From Nostoc sp. (GTDB lineage Bacteria > Cyanobacteriota > Cyanobacteriia > Cyanobacteriales > Nostocaceae), in assembly GCA_036918135.1 (NCBI GenBank), contig JBALDB010000048.1:32001-96000 (forward strand): 64,000 nucleotides of DNA, in the 5' to 3' direction. The number at the start of each line of letters is the position of its first letter. Position 1 is the stretch's first letter. The notes beneath the pieces are model-generated. The model made no database searches and was not told where the DNA came from. It saw only the letters and a program-made list of their open reading frames with translations. The position numbers and the translations under genes were made by a program. Below are positions 1-10,279 of the stretch, one piece after another.

Positions 1-2199
1 TCCTACCAAGCGTCGCCCAGATGTATCTGCAATGGGAAACCTATACATTAAAAATTCACCAAGGATACCATCTGTGCGGGGGGCAGACTCTATAGCTTCT
101 ACGACCTGATTCGTATTTACAACCGTTTTAATCCTATCGAGGAAAGACTGAGCAATTTCAGCCGGGTATAGCTGGCAGATGTTTTTGCCGATGGGGTTGT
201 TTGTTGCTAAATCGAATATGGCAAGATAAGTTGGACTGAGGTAAAGTACACGCCCGTCTGCATCTGTAATCCATGCTGCGGCTGGACTGTTGTCCATAAA
301 AGCTTGGAAGCGTTCTTCGCTCTGGTGCAAGGCTTTTTCTATTTGCTGGCGTTCGCTAATATCAAGAATAAATGCTACGGATTTGTGTCGAGATTTTCCT
401 AATAGAGAGTAGCTAATTACAATTGGTATCCGAGAACCATCTTTACGAATGTACTCTTTCTCATAAGGAGTACAAGCTCCTTTGGACTTTGCTTCAGCAA
501 TCGCCAGTTCATCTAAATAAAGATACTCTGGTGGCGTGATATCAGTCCAACTTAGTCTACCTGTCTGGAGATCCTCTTGAGTATAACCGACAATTCGCAA
601 AAACTCGTCATTGGCTTCACCGATCCCACCTTTTACATCCCCAAGGACAATACCAACTACATTTGCTTCTACAAAACTTCTCAGTTGCTCCTCACTAGCT
701 CGAACTGCGGCTTCCGCCTGCTTGCGGGCGGTGATATCTGTAGTGCTGCCAACTACGCGCACCGGGTTACTATCAGTATCCCGCTTGACGACTATTCCTT
801 GATCTAGCACATAGACGTACTGATGAGCTTGGTTACAAATTCGATACTCAACAGCATAGCGATCGCCATTTGCCCACGCAACCCTCGTCTCCTCCTCCAT
901 ACGTTGCAAATCCTCTGGATGGACAAGCTGACGCCACCAATTACGAGTTGTTTGAGCCATGTCGAGGGAATAGCCTAAAATTCGGGTTAGCCCTTCGGTT
1001 GTTTCAATCCGATCCTGTTCTATATCCCAGTCATATATCAGACAATTGACGGCAGTAGCGGCTAACTCAAAACGCTCGTTGGCTAACCTTAGGCGTTCCT
1101 CTTTCTCACGTAAGGTTTGTTCTACTTGCTTGCGTTGACTAATGTCACGAAAGAAGATATCAAGACCATCTTCACAAGGGTAGGCGTGAATATCCATCCA
1201 CAGGTCATATTTGGGTGGTAGATAATAATGATGCTCGAAGTGGACAGGAATTTGTTCTACCATCGCTTGTCGGTATTGTAGCTCAAGATTTGTGCCTACT
1301 GATGCCGACCACTCTTCCCAATACGACTTACCAATGACTTCTGGGGGAAGTTTGCCGTTAATTCGCTGTGCTGCCGCATTTTGGTGGACGATCCGCCACT
1401 CTCGGTCTAGAGTTATAAATGCATCACTCATGCTTTCTAGAGTACGCGTCACCCGCTGATTGGCTTGCTGTAATGCCGCTTGTGCTTGTTTGCGTTCGCT
1501 CAAATCAACAACAAAGCCAATAACTGTTTCTTGACCATCCTCTACGAGAACAGAACCAGCTAGAACAGGAACGCGAGAACCATCTTTGCAGATATATTCT
1601 TTCTCAAAAGGTTTACAAACTCCGGTAGTTCTCAGTTCCTCTGCTGAACGCTCACTTAAGATTAGACACTCAAGCGCAGTCATCTGGCGCAAGTCCATTT
1701 GTTTAGGGGACAAATCTTCTTGCGTGTAGCCGACCATCTCCAGAAAGGTATCATTGGCTTCGATGATACAACCGTTGAGGTCGCTAACAACGACTCCAAT
1801 GATATTAGATTCTGCGAGTCGGCTAAACCGCATTTCGCTATTTTGCAACAACTTCAAGCTTGACTCTGCTTTGCGTTTAGCAGTTTGCAATTCTGAAAAG
1901 AGGGCAGTGATTAATAAGGATACTAGGGAGAAAGTGGTTAATCGGATTAAAACCTTGAGGCTAACGATTTGCAACGAGTAGACTGGCTCAATCAGAAAGT
2001 AGAGGGCAAATATACCAGATAAAGCGATCGCTAGCATTCCCACTTCCATGCCACCATACCACGCACTAACTGCTACGGCAGCATAAAAAAAGGTAAATAC
2101 ACTCGGATCGAATACTGGTAGTAGCAGTCGCGCCATTATTGAAGCCGCTACGACTGCTAAAATCATCACGCCATAAGTTAGTAAGCTAGAGCGGCTCAT
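1..2199 (-). CDS. Membrane-anchored multi-PAS sensor protein (probably histidine kinase or hybrid); 5' part only, runs off the window start
   Basis: Not in the ORF track. Hand translation from ATG at 2199 gives MSRSSLLTYGVMILAVVAAS..FFYAAVAVSAWYGG (DUF4118-like TM region), then about five PAS/PAC repeats (ESNIIGV, ESMSDAFITLD, EANVVGI, DNSPAAAWITD). Spot-checked segments stay in frame to position 1. Confidence 0.85.
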   Translation of the reverse strand, partial: MSRSSLLTYGVMILAVVAASIMARLLLPVFDPSVFTFFYAAVAVSAWYGGMEVGMLAIALSGIFALYFLIEPVYSLQIVSLKVLIRLTTFSLVSLLITALFSELQTAKRKAESSLKLLQNSEMRFSRLAESNIIGVVVSDLNGCIIEANDTFLEMVGYTQEDLSPKQMDLRQMTALECLILSERSAEELRTTGVCKPFEKEYICKDGSRVPVLAGSVLVEDGQETVIGFVVDLSERKQAQAALQQANQRVTRTLESMSDAFITLDREWRIVHQNAAAQRINGKLPPEVIGKSYWEEWSASVGTNLELQYRQAMVEQIPVHFEHHYYLPPKYDLWMDIHAYPCEDGLDIFFRDISQRKQVEQTLREKEERLRLANERFELAATAVNCLIYDWDIEQDRIETTEGLTRILGYSLDMAQTTRNWWRQLVHPEDLQRMEEETRVAWANGDRYAVEYRICNQAHQYVYVLDQGIVVKRDTDSNPVRVVGSTTDITARKQAEAAVRASEEQLRSFVEANVVGIVLGDVKGGIGEANDEFLRIVGYTQEDLQTGRLSWTDITPPEYLYLDELAIAEAKSKGACTPYEKEYIRKDGSRIPIVISYSLLGKSRHKSVAFILDISERQQIEKALHQSEERFQAFMDNSPAAAWITDADGRVLYLSPTYLAIFDLATNNPIGKNICQLYPAEIAQSFLDRIKTVVNTNQVVEAIESAPRTDGILGEFLMYRFPIADTSGRRLVG

Positions 2200-2225
2200 C
2201 AAGAATTTTTCTAGTAATTTCACGC

Positions 2226-2486
2226 TCATCTCAAAAGTCCTCCCTTTGCTGTGCCTTTGAGAGATACTCGCTTAGTAATCTTTTCCCTGGTTCGCCCATC
2301 TTTCTCTAACATTTCTTCAATTAGCTTTAGTGCCATTCGTGAAGAAACTACAGATGCGTTTTCCCAGCGATTGACTCTTCGCAGGCAAACTCCCAACTTG
2401 GCTGCAAACTTTTTACCAGACAGAACAATTTGCTGCCGAAGTTCGCATATTGGGTCTGCAATTTTTAGTGGCTTTCCTAGTTCCAT
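2226..2486 (-). CDS. Small XRE/Cro-type HTH regulator, probably frameshifted near the C-terminus
   Basis: LRQQIVLSGKKFAAKLGVCLRRVNRWEN is an HTH_3-like pattern. The gene sits directly upstream of the PAS sensor. Confidence 0.6.
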   Translation of the reverse strand: MELGKPLKIADPICELRQQIVLSGKKFAAKLGVCLRRVNRWENASVVSSRMALKLIEEMLEKDGRTREKITKRVSLKGTAKGGLLR

Positions 2487-3035
2487 AGTTTGCAGAGTAA
2501 GACAAGTGTCATGTTATTTGTCTCCAGCTTAAGGAAGAAATTCAACAATCATTAGTTATTCTGTATCCACAGATGAATTCCATCTTTTGGTTAAAGCCGA
2601 ATACTACTTATTAATCTTTAGTATCTACTACACAAGTAGGAATGCAGCAATACTGTTCTCCTACAGATTGCTAGAATTTCTCCAAATAAAAAAATAATAA
2701 AATAAGTGTCAAATGTATTTAAAAAATAAAATTTAAGTTTTTCAGAGATGTAATTAATAATAAGATGCTCGATAATCTTTTCAAAATTATATAATTATAT
2801 TATATTAACCTAAAAATGCCTGGATAGCACTTGAAAGTATCCTACTTCATTCTTCATTTAATATTTTATTTCTAAATCAAATCGCAAGTCATAAGTCTGA
2901 GATCCACGACTTATTCAAGAAGCCATAAATCTGGATTTTGTAGTTAATTTTACTTCTAAGGAAAGATGTCAATGGTAAATTTATAAAGCTAGAATATATG
3001 ATTAAGTAAATTATTGCCTAAATTGTATTGCTGTT

Positions 3036-4067
3036 TTGATTAATCAACACTCAGAAAATTTTCTTAATACTCAATTAGAAAAAGTACTAGCCCAAGGCTA
3101 TAAATTTAGTTGGTTTGATTGGTTTTGTCTTTGGTATCCTCCAGGCTGGCTGATTTTATTCAACCGCCACTGGCAACACTATTATCAAGATCCAGATGGT
3201 TGGAATTGGCTAGAATATGGATTATTTTTAATTCCTGGCGGATTTTATCTGGCAATGCTGAGTCGTTGGTTGCGTTTGGGTTGTCGTTCACCCCGCCAAG
3301 AAGTTGGTGAATTCGACCCGAATTATCAACAAGCTTTTCGCCAAGAAGTTCTCAGCCCTATTGTGAAATATTATTTTCAGGGAGAATTGCAACAAATCGA
3401 AAACTTGCCGCCAACAGGGCCATTAATAGTGGCGATGAATCACGCAGGAATGTGTTTTCCTTGGGACTTTTTGACTTTAGGTTATTTATTAGGTGAAGCC
3501 AGAGGGTGGAAAGTACAACCCATCGCAAATCCAGTATTATTCGAGCATCCTTGGATGATTTGGTGGTTACCATCTAAATGGTCACAAGTTTTAGGTGGTG
3601 TACGAGCACAATTAAATGATTTTGAGGCTGCGATCGCCGAAGGTAAAATTCTCTTATATGCACCTGAAGGAATACGGGGGCCTGTGAAAGGTTGGAGAAA
3701 ACGCTATCAACTGCAAAAGTTTGATGTCAGCTTTATGCAACTGAGCGATCGCTATCATATTCCCATTCTCCCAGTAGTTTGTATTGGTAGTGAATTTCTC
3801 CATCCTTGGACTATTAATTTGACCAAATTGCAACGACTAGTAAAATTACCATTCTTGCCATTATCACCTTTAATGTTTACCTTACTTCTGTTCCCTTCAA
3901 TGGGAATTTGGGCAATGAGAACTCGTTTGCGTTATTTTATTGCGCCTTTAGAATCAGTAAGATTAGACACACACTCACACAAAAAACGTACAGTAATTTA
4001 TCAACAAGCACAAAAATTGCGAGAAAAACTACAACTTCAAATCAATCAGTTTTTAGGGAAATCTTAA
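3036..4067 (+). CDS. Lysophospholipid/glycerol acyltransferase family protein
   Basis: VAMNHAGMCFPWD (NHxxxxxxD) and YAPEG acyltransferase motifs. Confidence 0.85.
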   Translation: MINQHSENFLNTQLEKVLAQGYKFSWFDWFCLWYPPGWLILFNRHWQHYYQDPDGWNWLEYGLFLIPGGFYLAMLSRWLRLGCRSPRQEVGEFDPNYQQAFRQEVLSPIVKYYFQGELQQIENLPPTGPLIVAMNHAGMCFPWDFLTLGYLLGEARGWKVQPIANPVLFEHPWMIWWLPSKWSQVLGGVRAQLNDFEAAIAEGKILLYAPEGIRGPVKGWRKRYQLQKFDVSFMQLSDRYHIPILPVVCIGSEFLHPWTINLTKLQRLVKLPFLPLSPLMFTLLLFPSMGIWAMRTRLRYFIAPLESVRLDTHSHKKRTVIYQQAQKLREKLQLQINQFLGKS

Positions 4068-4582
4068 TAAGTAGAAGGCAGGAGGCAGAAGGTAAAACAC
4101 TCAACAGTAAAACGTTTCGCTAGTTTGGATTTTACATTTTATTTTGTCTGCTTACTTACTATAAATGACCTTGTATTAATAGCTGCTGAGAATAAGCCTA
4201 TCTCACTATTTTTAAAATCAGACATATTTCATATTTTGGCATTTTGGCACAATATTCGAGATGATTTAAAGTATTATGTTAATACATAGCTAAATTTTAA
4301 CCTTTTCACAACATATGTATGGTCATCGGACAATTTAGCTGCAAGTACTAGTTTCATATCTATTGTTTCTCATATACACAAATTCTCAAGTATTGATTGA
4401 TAAAATTCTCAGCCAAAATTAAATATACACAACCCAAAAACAATCTGACTGGCTAATATTATAAAATCAGCTTAGAATTTATTTACTCCATTCTTCGTCA
4501 AACAATCATTATTGTGACTTTAAAAGTCATTTAATTAGTAGATAATAAAAAACTATTTAAAAATCTAGTTCTCAACTCGATT

Positions 4583-5794
4583 ATGGAACATATTTCTCAA
4601 CTCACAGCCAAAATTAGAGACGAAACTGCATATCCGGATATTCTCGTTATATCCCGAATCTTCCTACCGAAAAAAGCTGTAATTGGAGAATATATGTACA
4701 ATCGCTGTCTCCAAGACCCAGAACGAGTGATTGTGCTGGCGGCTGGCTGTTCAGGAGATAAAGTATTTGACGAAGGTCAACAGTTTCCTATATACCGCTG
4801 GTGTTATCCTAAATACTGGCTTGGTGGCTATTTTGGAAGCGTTTTCAAGCCTTTGGTGAATATTGTCTGTTCGTTTGTGCTAGCAATTAAGCTTTATTTT
4901 CGCTATCACTATCGTTACATTGAGTGGGGTCACGGGTATGACTTTCCTTCAGTGTTGCTATTGAGCTATTTTTTACCAATTCGCTTTTTTATCTATGTGC
5001 ATGGGAACGATCTATTGAGTCCATTACATAACCCGGTGTGGCGATCGCTATTTAAATTAACACTTCATAGAGCCGAAGGCATTGTTTGCAACAGTTCTTA
5101 TACACAAAACTATCTCAGAACTGCTTTGCGATTAGATACCCCAACCCATGTTATCAACCCAGTAATTAGACCAGAAAAATTTGCCAATGCAACGTCAAAT
5201 AGCCTTGATGATTTACGTATGCGCGTGCGTCAAAGCTACAATATTCCTGAAACAGCAATCGTTATTCTCTCAGTAGGAAGCCTATTAAAATATAAAAGTT
5301 TCGACCGCGTGATTGATAATATTCCATTACTGCTAACTTTTGGCGTGGATGTCCACTACATACTTTGCGGTCAAGGGGCTTGTGAGCTGGAACTAAAATC
5401 TCTGGCACATCGTTTGCGGGTAGATAGACGGGTACACTTTGCAGGACATGTACCAGAGAACGAATTACCAGGTTATTATGCAGCCTGCGATATGTTTGCC
5501 ATGCTGAGTTTATTAGATCCTAAATCTCAAAATCTAGAAGGTTTTGGCATCGTTTATTTAGAAGCAAGTTACTTCGGTAAACCTATAATCGCCCCTCGTT
5601 CAGGCAGTGCTTTAGACACAGTTAAACATGAGGAAAATGGCATACTCGTGAATCCTAATTCTGGTTATGAGGTTTTTCAAGCTTTTAATCGGTTGTCCAA
5701 AGACCAACAGCTACGGGAACAGCTTGGGCGCAAAGGTAAAGAATTAGCCAACCGTAGAACCCTTCATCGTCCGCTGTACAAATCAGAAGCATAA
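4583..5794 (+). CDS. Glycosyltransferase family 4
   Basis: EGFGIVYLEA (ExFGxxxxE) and LSVGSLLKYK GT-B motifs. Confidence 0.9.
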   Translation: MEHISQLTAKIRDETAYPDILVISRIFLPKKAVIGEYMYNRCLQDPERVIVLAAGCSGDKVFDEGQQFPIYRWCYPKYWLGGYFGSVFKPLVNIVCSFVLAIKLYFRYHYRYIEWGHGYDFPSVLLLSYFLPIRFFIYVHGNDLLSPLHNPVWRSLFKLTLHRAEGIVCNSSYTQNYLRTALRLDTPTHVINPVIRPEKFANATSNSLDDLRMRVRQSYNIPETAIVILSVGSLLKYKSFDRVIDNIPLLLTFGVDVHYILCGQGACELELKSLAHRLRVDRRVHFAGHVPENELPGYYAACDMFAMLSLLDPKSQNLEGFGIVYLEASYFGKPIIAPRSGSALDTVKHEENGILVNPNSGYEVFQAFNRLSKDQQLREQLGRKGKELANRRTLHRPLYKSEA

Positions 5795-5822
5795 AAACAC
5801 GATTTTTTTAGATAAACATTCA

Positions 5823-5850
5823 GTAGGGGCGTACAACTGTACGCCTCTAC
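5823..5850. repeat. GTAG-type REP-like hairpin
   Basis: GTAGGGGCGTACA-AC-TGTACGCCTCTAC inverted repeat between convergent genes. Confidence 0.6.
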
Positions 5851-6034
5851 AAACATTTAGATGTTGGTAAAATTTTAGTCTACAGAGAAAAGTTGAAATA
5901 AAGTCTGAAGGCTAAAGTCTAATTTAATAGATTAGAAAATAATGAAACTATACCGAATGTAGACATAAAAAATGATAATTCCAACGAAAATAAACAGGAC
6001 TAAAGTAGCTATTAAACTACGCCTCCTGCTATAA

Positions 6035-6247
6035 TTAACCACCACCAACAATGGTGACTACTTCTAAGCGATCGCCTGGTTGCACTGTTGTTTGTTCCCA
6101 AAACTGGCGATGTAAAATTTCGCCGTTATACTCCACCGCTACTAAACGGGGATTGAAACCCAACTTTTGAAGTAAATCGGGTAAAGGAGTTTGAGACGAA
6201 CAGCTACGGGTTTCACCATTTATCTGAACTGTAATCTCATTAGACAT
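6035..6247 (-). CDS. thiS: Sulfur carrier protein ThiS
   Basis: 70 aa ubiquitin-like protein ending VTIVGGG, adjacent to thiE. Confidence 0.95.
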   Translation of the reverse strand: MSNEITVQINGETRSCSSQTPLPDLLQKLGFNPRLVAVEYNGEILHRQFWEQTTVQPGDRLEVVTIVGGG

Positions 6248-6259
6248 AAATCTGAAGGC

Positions 6260-6320
6260 TAGGGATTAGGGATTGGGGACTGGGAGATCGGGAGAATAAC
6301 CAATGACAAATGACAAATGA
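6260..6320. repeat. STRR heptamer tracts (GGGATTA/GGGGACT and CAAATGA types)
   Basis: Tandem 7-mers in the thiE-thiS spacer. Confidence 0.7.
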
Positions 6321-6323
6321 TTT

Positions 6324-7439
6324 TTAAAGTTCTGGTTTAATGCGATTGAGTTGAGAAAGTAAATATTGTGTTACTAGGGTGGGTTGTTCAGCTTGCATGA
6401 GCGATCGCACTACTGCTACACGTTTAGCTCCGGCATCGATTACATCATTAATATTATTTGCATCTATTCCCCCAATGGCAAACCAGGGAATTGAGCAATT
6501 TTTGGCAACATAACTTACATATTCTAAGCCTGCTGCTGTTTTACCTACTTTCGTGGGAGTTTCATAAACTGGCCCCACGCCGATGTAATCTACACCTTCA
6601 GCAATTGCTCGTTGCATTTCTTCTTGATTTGTGGTAGAAAGACCCACTAAACGCTGGGAACCGAGTAATTGTCGAGCAACGGTGATGGACATATCTTGTT
6701 GTCCCAGATGCACTCCATCTGCATCCACCGCTAAAGCTAAATCCACGCGATCGTTAACAATAAACAAAGCACCGTAAATGTGGCATAATTGCCGCAATTT
6801 TCTAGCTTGTTCTAGACGCAAAGAATCATCAGCGGTTTTCTCGCGGTACTGTACGAGGGTTAATCCGCCTTTGAGTGCGGCTTCCACAGTATTCAATATA
6901 GTTTCACCAGGGGAAGTAACAAGATACAAACGCGATCGCCATAATAATTGATGACGCTGATGACCCATTAAATTACTTTCTAGGGTATAAACCTGATAGC
7001 GCATCTGCTTACAAGCTTTAGCCATAGTTGGGTGATAAAGTTTGCCGTATTCTTCTAACACTCGCAATGCTTCTTCTACCCGACAAAAGTTAGCCTGCAA
7101 CACTGATTTTATACTAGCTCGTTCTTCCTCCTGAGGATGGGTTAACTCAGTCCCCGGATCGCTTGGTGTATCTCGCGCCGCCCGCAATTCGGGAGTATGC
7201 CACTGACCTACCTCTTGTCGCAAGCGCTTACATTCAAGAGTCAACTGGGCATTATTTAGCCCAAACCGACACCATTCTTCAATAATTCGCAAGCCTTCAC
7301 GAGCGCGGTCTAAATTAGCGTCTAAAATGCGGTAAACAACTTGCTGTATTTGCTCTTTTTGGCTGTATGGCTCGACCATTACAACAACCCCGTTAGTGCT
7401 TTCATCGGAATGTGAATTATCATATGTCCTAGTAACCAT
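6324..7439 (-). CDS. thiE: Thiamine-phosphate synthase, cyanobacterial type with N-terminal extension; true start may be about 7379
   Basis: RILDANLDRAREGLR N-domain; VQYREK, NDRVD, GVHLGQQD and TPTK motifs. Confidence 0.95.
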   Translation of the reverse strand: MVTRTYDNSHSDESTNGVVVMVEPYSQKEQIQQVVYRILDANLDRAREGLRIIEEWCRFGLNNAQLTLECKRLRQEVGQWHTPELRAARDTPSDPGTELTHPQEEERASIKSVLQANFCRVEEALRVLEEYGKLYHPTMAKACKQMRYQVYTLESNLMGHQRHQLLWRSRLYLVTSPGETILNTVEAALKGGLTLVQYREKTADDSLRLEQARKLRQLCHIYGALFIVNDRVDLALAVDADGVHLGQQDMSITVARQLLGSQRLVGLSTTNQEEMQRAIAEGVDYIGVGPVYETPTKVGKTAAGLEYVSYVAKNCSIPWFAIGGIDANNINDVIDAGAKRVAVVRSLMQAEQPTLVTQYLLSQLNRIKPEL

Positions 7440-8154
7440 AAGTTAATTAATTTGCTTTTTTTGAGTAAATTTTGATTATATCTACGCAAAACAACGTAGA
7501 AATAAAGCTTATGTCAAATTATCCCACGTTCCTATAAGCAGCGATCGCTGATGAGGCTACGATTTAGCACTCAGGTTAGTCAAGTATTTTACGGTAAGCG
7601 ATTGCAAAAAAGAACTGACAAAAGCGGATACAACAGAAAATCCGCAGTTAGCAGAAGTAATAGCATCACTAAACAAGACAAAAGTTATACTATTTGGGAT
7701 TTTGCCAGAGTTTAGTAAATATGCTTTTTGGCAATACATCTATGGATTTTGAATTAGTCTGACCCCGATGACATTTTAATTATTTAAATCCAATCAAGAT
7801 TGCAATTGATTAGCCACTGCAAGAAATACATAAAAAAATTCCAACGTTGCTCCCGTTGTAGCTTGATTTAGTAACTTCCAAAATTCCTCCCTGCTTGCCC
7901 CCATTGATTCCCCTGTTCTGCAACTCCAATTGTCTTGGGCTTTGCAATCATTTTATCCATCAAAAAAGCCAGAGAACAGGCGAACACCAAAAGCAACAAA
8001 GTAGCAGGAAATCCAAAAATCAAACATGCTTAGTTCTCAATTTTTTTATTAATAGTTCTGTATTAAATATCGCCAATTGGTAGAATATATGAGTAATATT
8101 ATCGGCATAATACTGTTTAAGAGTATAAGAATTTATTGATACTTCTGAGGAGTT

Positions 8155-10083
8155 GTGTTAAATATGATTCTACCTCGTGTGTTCTCTAAGTACCGTACAG
8201 TATATGATATGCCCAAAAAATCAAAGTTTCTCGAATTAACAATACTTTTAGTGTTTAAAAATACAGTATTATGTTTTACTGTATTTTTAGGGACGATAAG
8301 TATGGCGTTCTTAGCTACAAGCCTGGGTAGGGCGATCGCTCAGACGCCATCAACACTAAATTCTATACCTGTGGGTGAAAAAACTAATTCTCAGGTGAAT
8401 GTGCTGTTTGTTAATCCGAATGTTGGAAATGACAGTGCAGGCAATGGGGGCGAGTCTGCTCCTGTGAAAACGATTACCCAAGCGTTGCGATTAGCTAATG
8501 GTAATACTGTAATTATGCTTTCTCCAGGCACTTATAGCACCCAGACCGGAGAAATATTCCCCTTAATACTCAAACCAGGTGTTTCCATTCAAGGTAACCC
8601 TAGCAATCAAGGCAAGGATATTATCATTCAGGGAGGCGATGATTATCTAAGTCGCAGTTTCGGCGGTCAAAATGTCACAATTGTTGGGGCAAACCAAGCA
8701 GTACTGACTGGGGTGACAGTGACGAACTCAAATCGCCGTGGTTATGGTTTGTGGATTGAATCTAGCAATCCAGTAGTTGAGGAAAATACTTTTATAGGTA
8801 ATATCCAAGATGGAATTTCCGTCAGTGGAAACGCAGCACCTACCATTAGCAAAAATTACTTCTCTAACAATGGCGCTAATGGGATCACAATTGCTGGTAA
8901 TTCCCATCCCCAAGTGAAGGAAAATGTCTTTCACGAAACAGGCTTTGGGATTAATATTGCCCAAAATGCCGCCCCTATAATCATAAGCAATCAAATTCAG
9001 AACAATAGAGTGGGAATTGTTGTACAAGCAAATTCCCACCCAATTTTACGGAATAATATTATTCAAGATAGTAAAGAAGATGGTTTAGTAGCGATCGCTC
9101 AAGCAATGCCAGATTTAGGTAATGCATCCGAGCCTGGGGGTAATCAATTTCAAAATAATGCTCGCTACGACATTAACGCCAAGGCTGCCAAACAAGTGAT
9201 TTCTGCTGCTGGTAATAACCTAGTGAGCGATCGCATCGCTGGTAATGTAGATCTCAACGGTACAACACCACTAACAGCCGAAAATTCTCAATCCGCCCCT
9301 GTACCCAATAATGTGTTACAACAGATACCAGCATCAGGAGAAATTACTTTTTCGGCTCCTGGAGTCCCAGAAACTAGCAACACCCAAACCAGCAACAATA
9401 TTTCCGCAAATAATCTTGTTCCTGCACAATTAAACAGTCAACTGCTGCCATTGCTACCAGCGAGTGTACCGCTTTCGCCACCGATATCCAATCAACCAGC
9501 TACCTCTACCACCGGATTTCCTACTCCTACCAGTTTGTCAGCCACACAAATATCAACTAACACTCAAGTAGCAACTTCCACCCCAGGACAGCCGCCTGAG
9601 ACACCGCAGTTAAATTACGTGCAAATCGATCCCAACACGATTGAGTTTACTGCGCCTCAAGATTCATCTACTTCTGTAGCAAAGCCAGCAGTTTCTAGCA
9701 CGGATAATCAAATACAGCAGTCATCACCAATACTAGAATCTGCTACCCCAAGTAATGAACCACTATTGCCAGTTCCCGATCGCAATATCCCGATTGAGGA
9801 TACTCCCAATCTGCCAAAAGTACCAGTTGCGAGTTCTCAAACTATGTCCTATAGAGGAAATTCTGGGACACAGTATGGTATACGTTATCGTGTAGTGGTC
9901 ACATTAGTAACAGATAAGGATCGAGATTTAGTGCGCTCCCTTGCTCCTGGTGCGTTTGCCACAGTCTGGCAAGGTCAAAAAGTGATGCAAGCAGGAGTAT
10001 TTAGCAGTGAGTATAACGCTAAAGAAATGCTCAAAGCACTTTCTAATAAAGGCTTAAGAGTGATTATGGAGCCGTTGAATTAA
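8155..10083 (+). CDS. DUF1565 / right-handed beta-helix exported protein with Pro/Ser/Thr linker and C-terminal SPOR-like domain
   Basis: VLFVNPNVGND..PVKTITQAL..PGTY, parallel beta-helix repeats, C-terminal YRVVV..MQAGVF. Confidence 0.8.
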   Translation: MLNMILPRVFSKYRTVYDMPKKSKFLELTILLVFKNTVLCFTVFLGTISMAFLATSLGRAIAQTPSTLNSIPVGEKTNSQVNVLFVNPNVGNDSAGNGGESAPVKTITQALRLANGNTVIMLSPGTYSTQTGEIFPLILKPGVSIQGNPSNQGKDIIIQGGDDYLSRSFGGQNVTIVGANQAVLTGVTVTNSNRRGYGLWIESSNPVVEENTFIGNIQDGISVSGNAAPTISKNYFSNNGANGITIAGNSHPQVKENVFHETGFGINIAQNAAPIIISNQIQNNRVGIVVQANSHPILRNNIIQDSKEDGLVAIAQAMPDLGNASEPGGNQFQNNARYDINAKAAKQVISAAGNNLVSDRIAGNVDLNGTTPLTAENSQSAPVPNNVLQQIPASGEITFSAPGVPETSNTQTSNNISANNLVPAQLNSQLLPLLPASVPLSPPISNQPATSTTGFPTPTSLSATQISTNTQVATSTPGQPPETPQLNYVQIDPNTIEFTAPQDSSTSVAKPAVSSTDNQIQQSSPILESATPSNEPLLPVPDRNIPIEDTPNLPKVPVASSQTMSYRGNSGTQYGIRYRVVVTLVTDKDRDLVRSLAPGAFATVWQGQKVMQAGVFSSEYNAKEMLKALSNKGLRVIMEPLN

Positions 10084-10104
10084 TTACTAATTCGTAATTC
10101 GTAA

Positions 10105-10223
10105 GGGATTACCAAGAAATAAATTATCCACTCTGGGGTGGGGCGGAAAGTCCGCCCCTTTCCACGGGCGGGCGAGACACCCACCCCACAAGAAAAGTTG
10201 TATATTTTTTATTTGTCAGTCCC
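10105..10223. mobile_element. MITE-like element with imperfect TIRs, TAA flanks and an internal REP-like pair
   Basis: TAA|GGGATTACCAAGAAATAAATTAT...ATATTTTTTATTTGTCAGTCCC|TAA, nested in an inverted TAATTCG heptamer tract (10081-10104 / 10232-10255). Confidence 0.6.
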
Positions 10224-10279
10224 TAATTCAATTACGAATTACGAATTAGTAATTACGAATTATTTTAACTCCCACTCCC

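Noticed and set aside
577..1981. Short plus-strand ORFs (577-807, 611-802, 1754-1981)
   Set aside because: Antisense shadows of the long minus-strand PAS gene.
7440..8150. Small ORFs and a possible TPP riboswitch upstream of thiE
   Set aside because: No recognisable protein motifs, and no TPP aptamer consensus was seen.
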